Positions 62,714 to 64,000 of a stretch of DNA of 64,000 nt are shown here, one piece after another (position 1 is the first letter of the stretch; each line of letters begins with the position of its first letter). Origin of the DNA: Carcharhinus amblyrhynchos (taxonomy: Eukaryota); the NCBI GenBank assembly GCA_965287045.1, contig OZ336873.1:111910001-111974000 (forward strand), given 5' to 3'. The notes beneath the pieces were generated by a model. The model had not been told where the DNA came from, did no database searches, and saw only the letters and a program-made list of their open reading frames with translations. The position numbers and the translations under genes are program-made.

Positions 62714-63795
62714 TTTTAAAAATGTAGTCTTTCAAAGGATGTGGTTGTTGCTGGCAAGGTCAGCATTTGTCACCCATTCCGAATTGCCTGTGGGATGGAG
62801 GTAGTGTCGCCTGCTTTTACAATCACTGTAGTCCAAGTGGTGCAGATACACCCACAGTGTGGTTAGAAAGGGAGTTCCAGGATTTTGGTAGAACAACAGT
62901 GAAGCAATGATGTTTTAGCTTCTAGTCAGGGTGGCTGTGCAGTTTAGTGGTGAACTTGCAGGTTGTGGTGTTCCCATGCATTTGCAGTCTTTGTTCTTCT
63001 AGGTAGCAGTACAGGTCATGAGTTTGCAATGTGCTATTGAAAGAGGCTTGGCAAGTTGCTCTACTGCATCTTCTATAGGGTACACACTGCTGCCACTGTG
63101 CACCGATGATGGATGTCATAGAAATCATGCAGGCTGCTTTGTTTTGGATGGAGTTGAGATTCTTCAGTGATTTTGGAGCTGCTATCATCCAGGAAAGTGG
63201 AGAGTATTCCATCACAACACTCACTTATGTCTCATAGATAATTGACCGGCTTTGGGGACTCAAGAGGTGGGTTATTCACCTCAGAATTTCTGAGTCTCTG
63301 ACCTGTCCCTGCAGTCATAATATTTTTATGGCTAGACCAATTAAGATTTTGGCCAATGGTAAGCCTGACGATATTGATATTGAAGTATTCAGCAAATGAA
63401 CATTAAGGGGAAATGGTATGCCCTATTCTGTGTTGCTAGATTTGATCTGAATCCATCATATTTTGCATGGTGGTGGTGTCACACAACACAATGAAGGGTA
63501 TTTTCAATGTGAAGACAGGACTTAATCTCTACATGGACTGTGTGGTTATTACTCCTACCAATGTTATCATGGGCAGATGCATCTGCAACAGGTAGATTGG
63601 TGAAGATGATGTTAAGTAGGTTTTATATTCTGGTTGGTTCCTTCATCACCTGCCACTGACCCAGTCTAGCAGCTATGTCCTTTAGAACTTGGCCAACCCA
63701 GTCAATAGTGAAGCTGCCGAGTTACTCTTGGTGATGCACATTGAAACCCTCCAGAGTATATTCTATACCCTTGCCACTCAATGCTTCCTTTCAAC
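62714..63795 (-). mobile_element. LINE family B, 3' end plus upstream fragments
   Basis: Minus ORF SVVMEYSPLSWMIAAPKSLKNLNSIQNKAACMI; 63460-63780 is colinear with 12450-12740. Confidence 0.8.
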
Positions 63796-63797
63796 AT

Positions 63798-63993
63798 TAA
63801 GAAGTCTCATAACACCAAGTTAAGGTCTAACGGGTTTATTTGGAATCACAAGCTTTCGAGTGCTTCTCCTTCATCAGGTGATAAAGGCTCCGAAGTCTCG
63901 TGATTCCAAATAAACCTGTCAGACTTTAACCTGATATTGTGAGACTTCTTACTGTGCTTAAACCAGTCCAACGCTGGCATCTCCACATCATGG
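63798..63993. mobile_element. Fold-back Penelope-derived short element with a minus-strand hammerhead-like motif (63845-63882)
   Basis: Arms TAAGAAGTCTCATAACACC.. / ..TTGTGAGACTTCTTA; minus strand reads atcac-CUGAUGA-aggagaagcacuc-GAAA-gc-UU-gugau. Confidence 0.85.
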
Positions 63994-64000
63994 TTAGCAT

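Noticed and set aside
1-64000. Prokaryotic systems (CRISPR, operons, retrons, phage)
   Set aside because: The sequence is vertebrate repeat-rich DNA with no gene-dense region or spacer-repeat array; all RT motifs belong to LINEs.

Overview
This is eukaryotic DNA, almost certainly from a shark (cartilaginous fish). It carries many HE1-type V-SINEs and their partner CR1 LINEs, which are characteristic of elasmobranchs. I found no recognisable host protein-coding gene, rRNA, true tRNA gene or CRISPR array, so the window looks intronic or intergenic. It is mostly nested transposon debris: two CR1-clade LINE families, Rex1/Babar, Tx1-like and Penelope-like retroelements, several SINE families, LTR remnants, and PIF/Harbinger fossils with their MITEs. 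The most notable signals are: (1) short fold-back Penelope-derived elements carrying minimal hammerhead-ribozyme cores on both strands; (2) an abundant V-SINE subfamily whose 3' tail matches the local Rex1 tail rather than CR1; (3) two locally templated insertions inside SINEs; (4) a reconstructable two-gene Harbinger fossil split by four younger insertions; (5) TE-free islands that may hold conserved non-coding elements or small exons. Family names come from recognising motifs by eye, not from database searches, and boundaries of old fragments are approximate.
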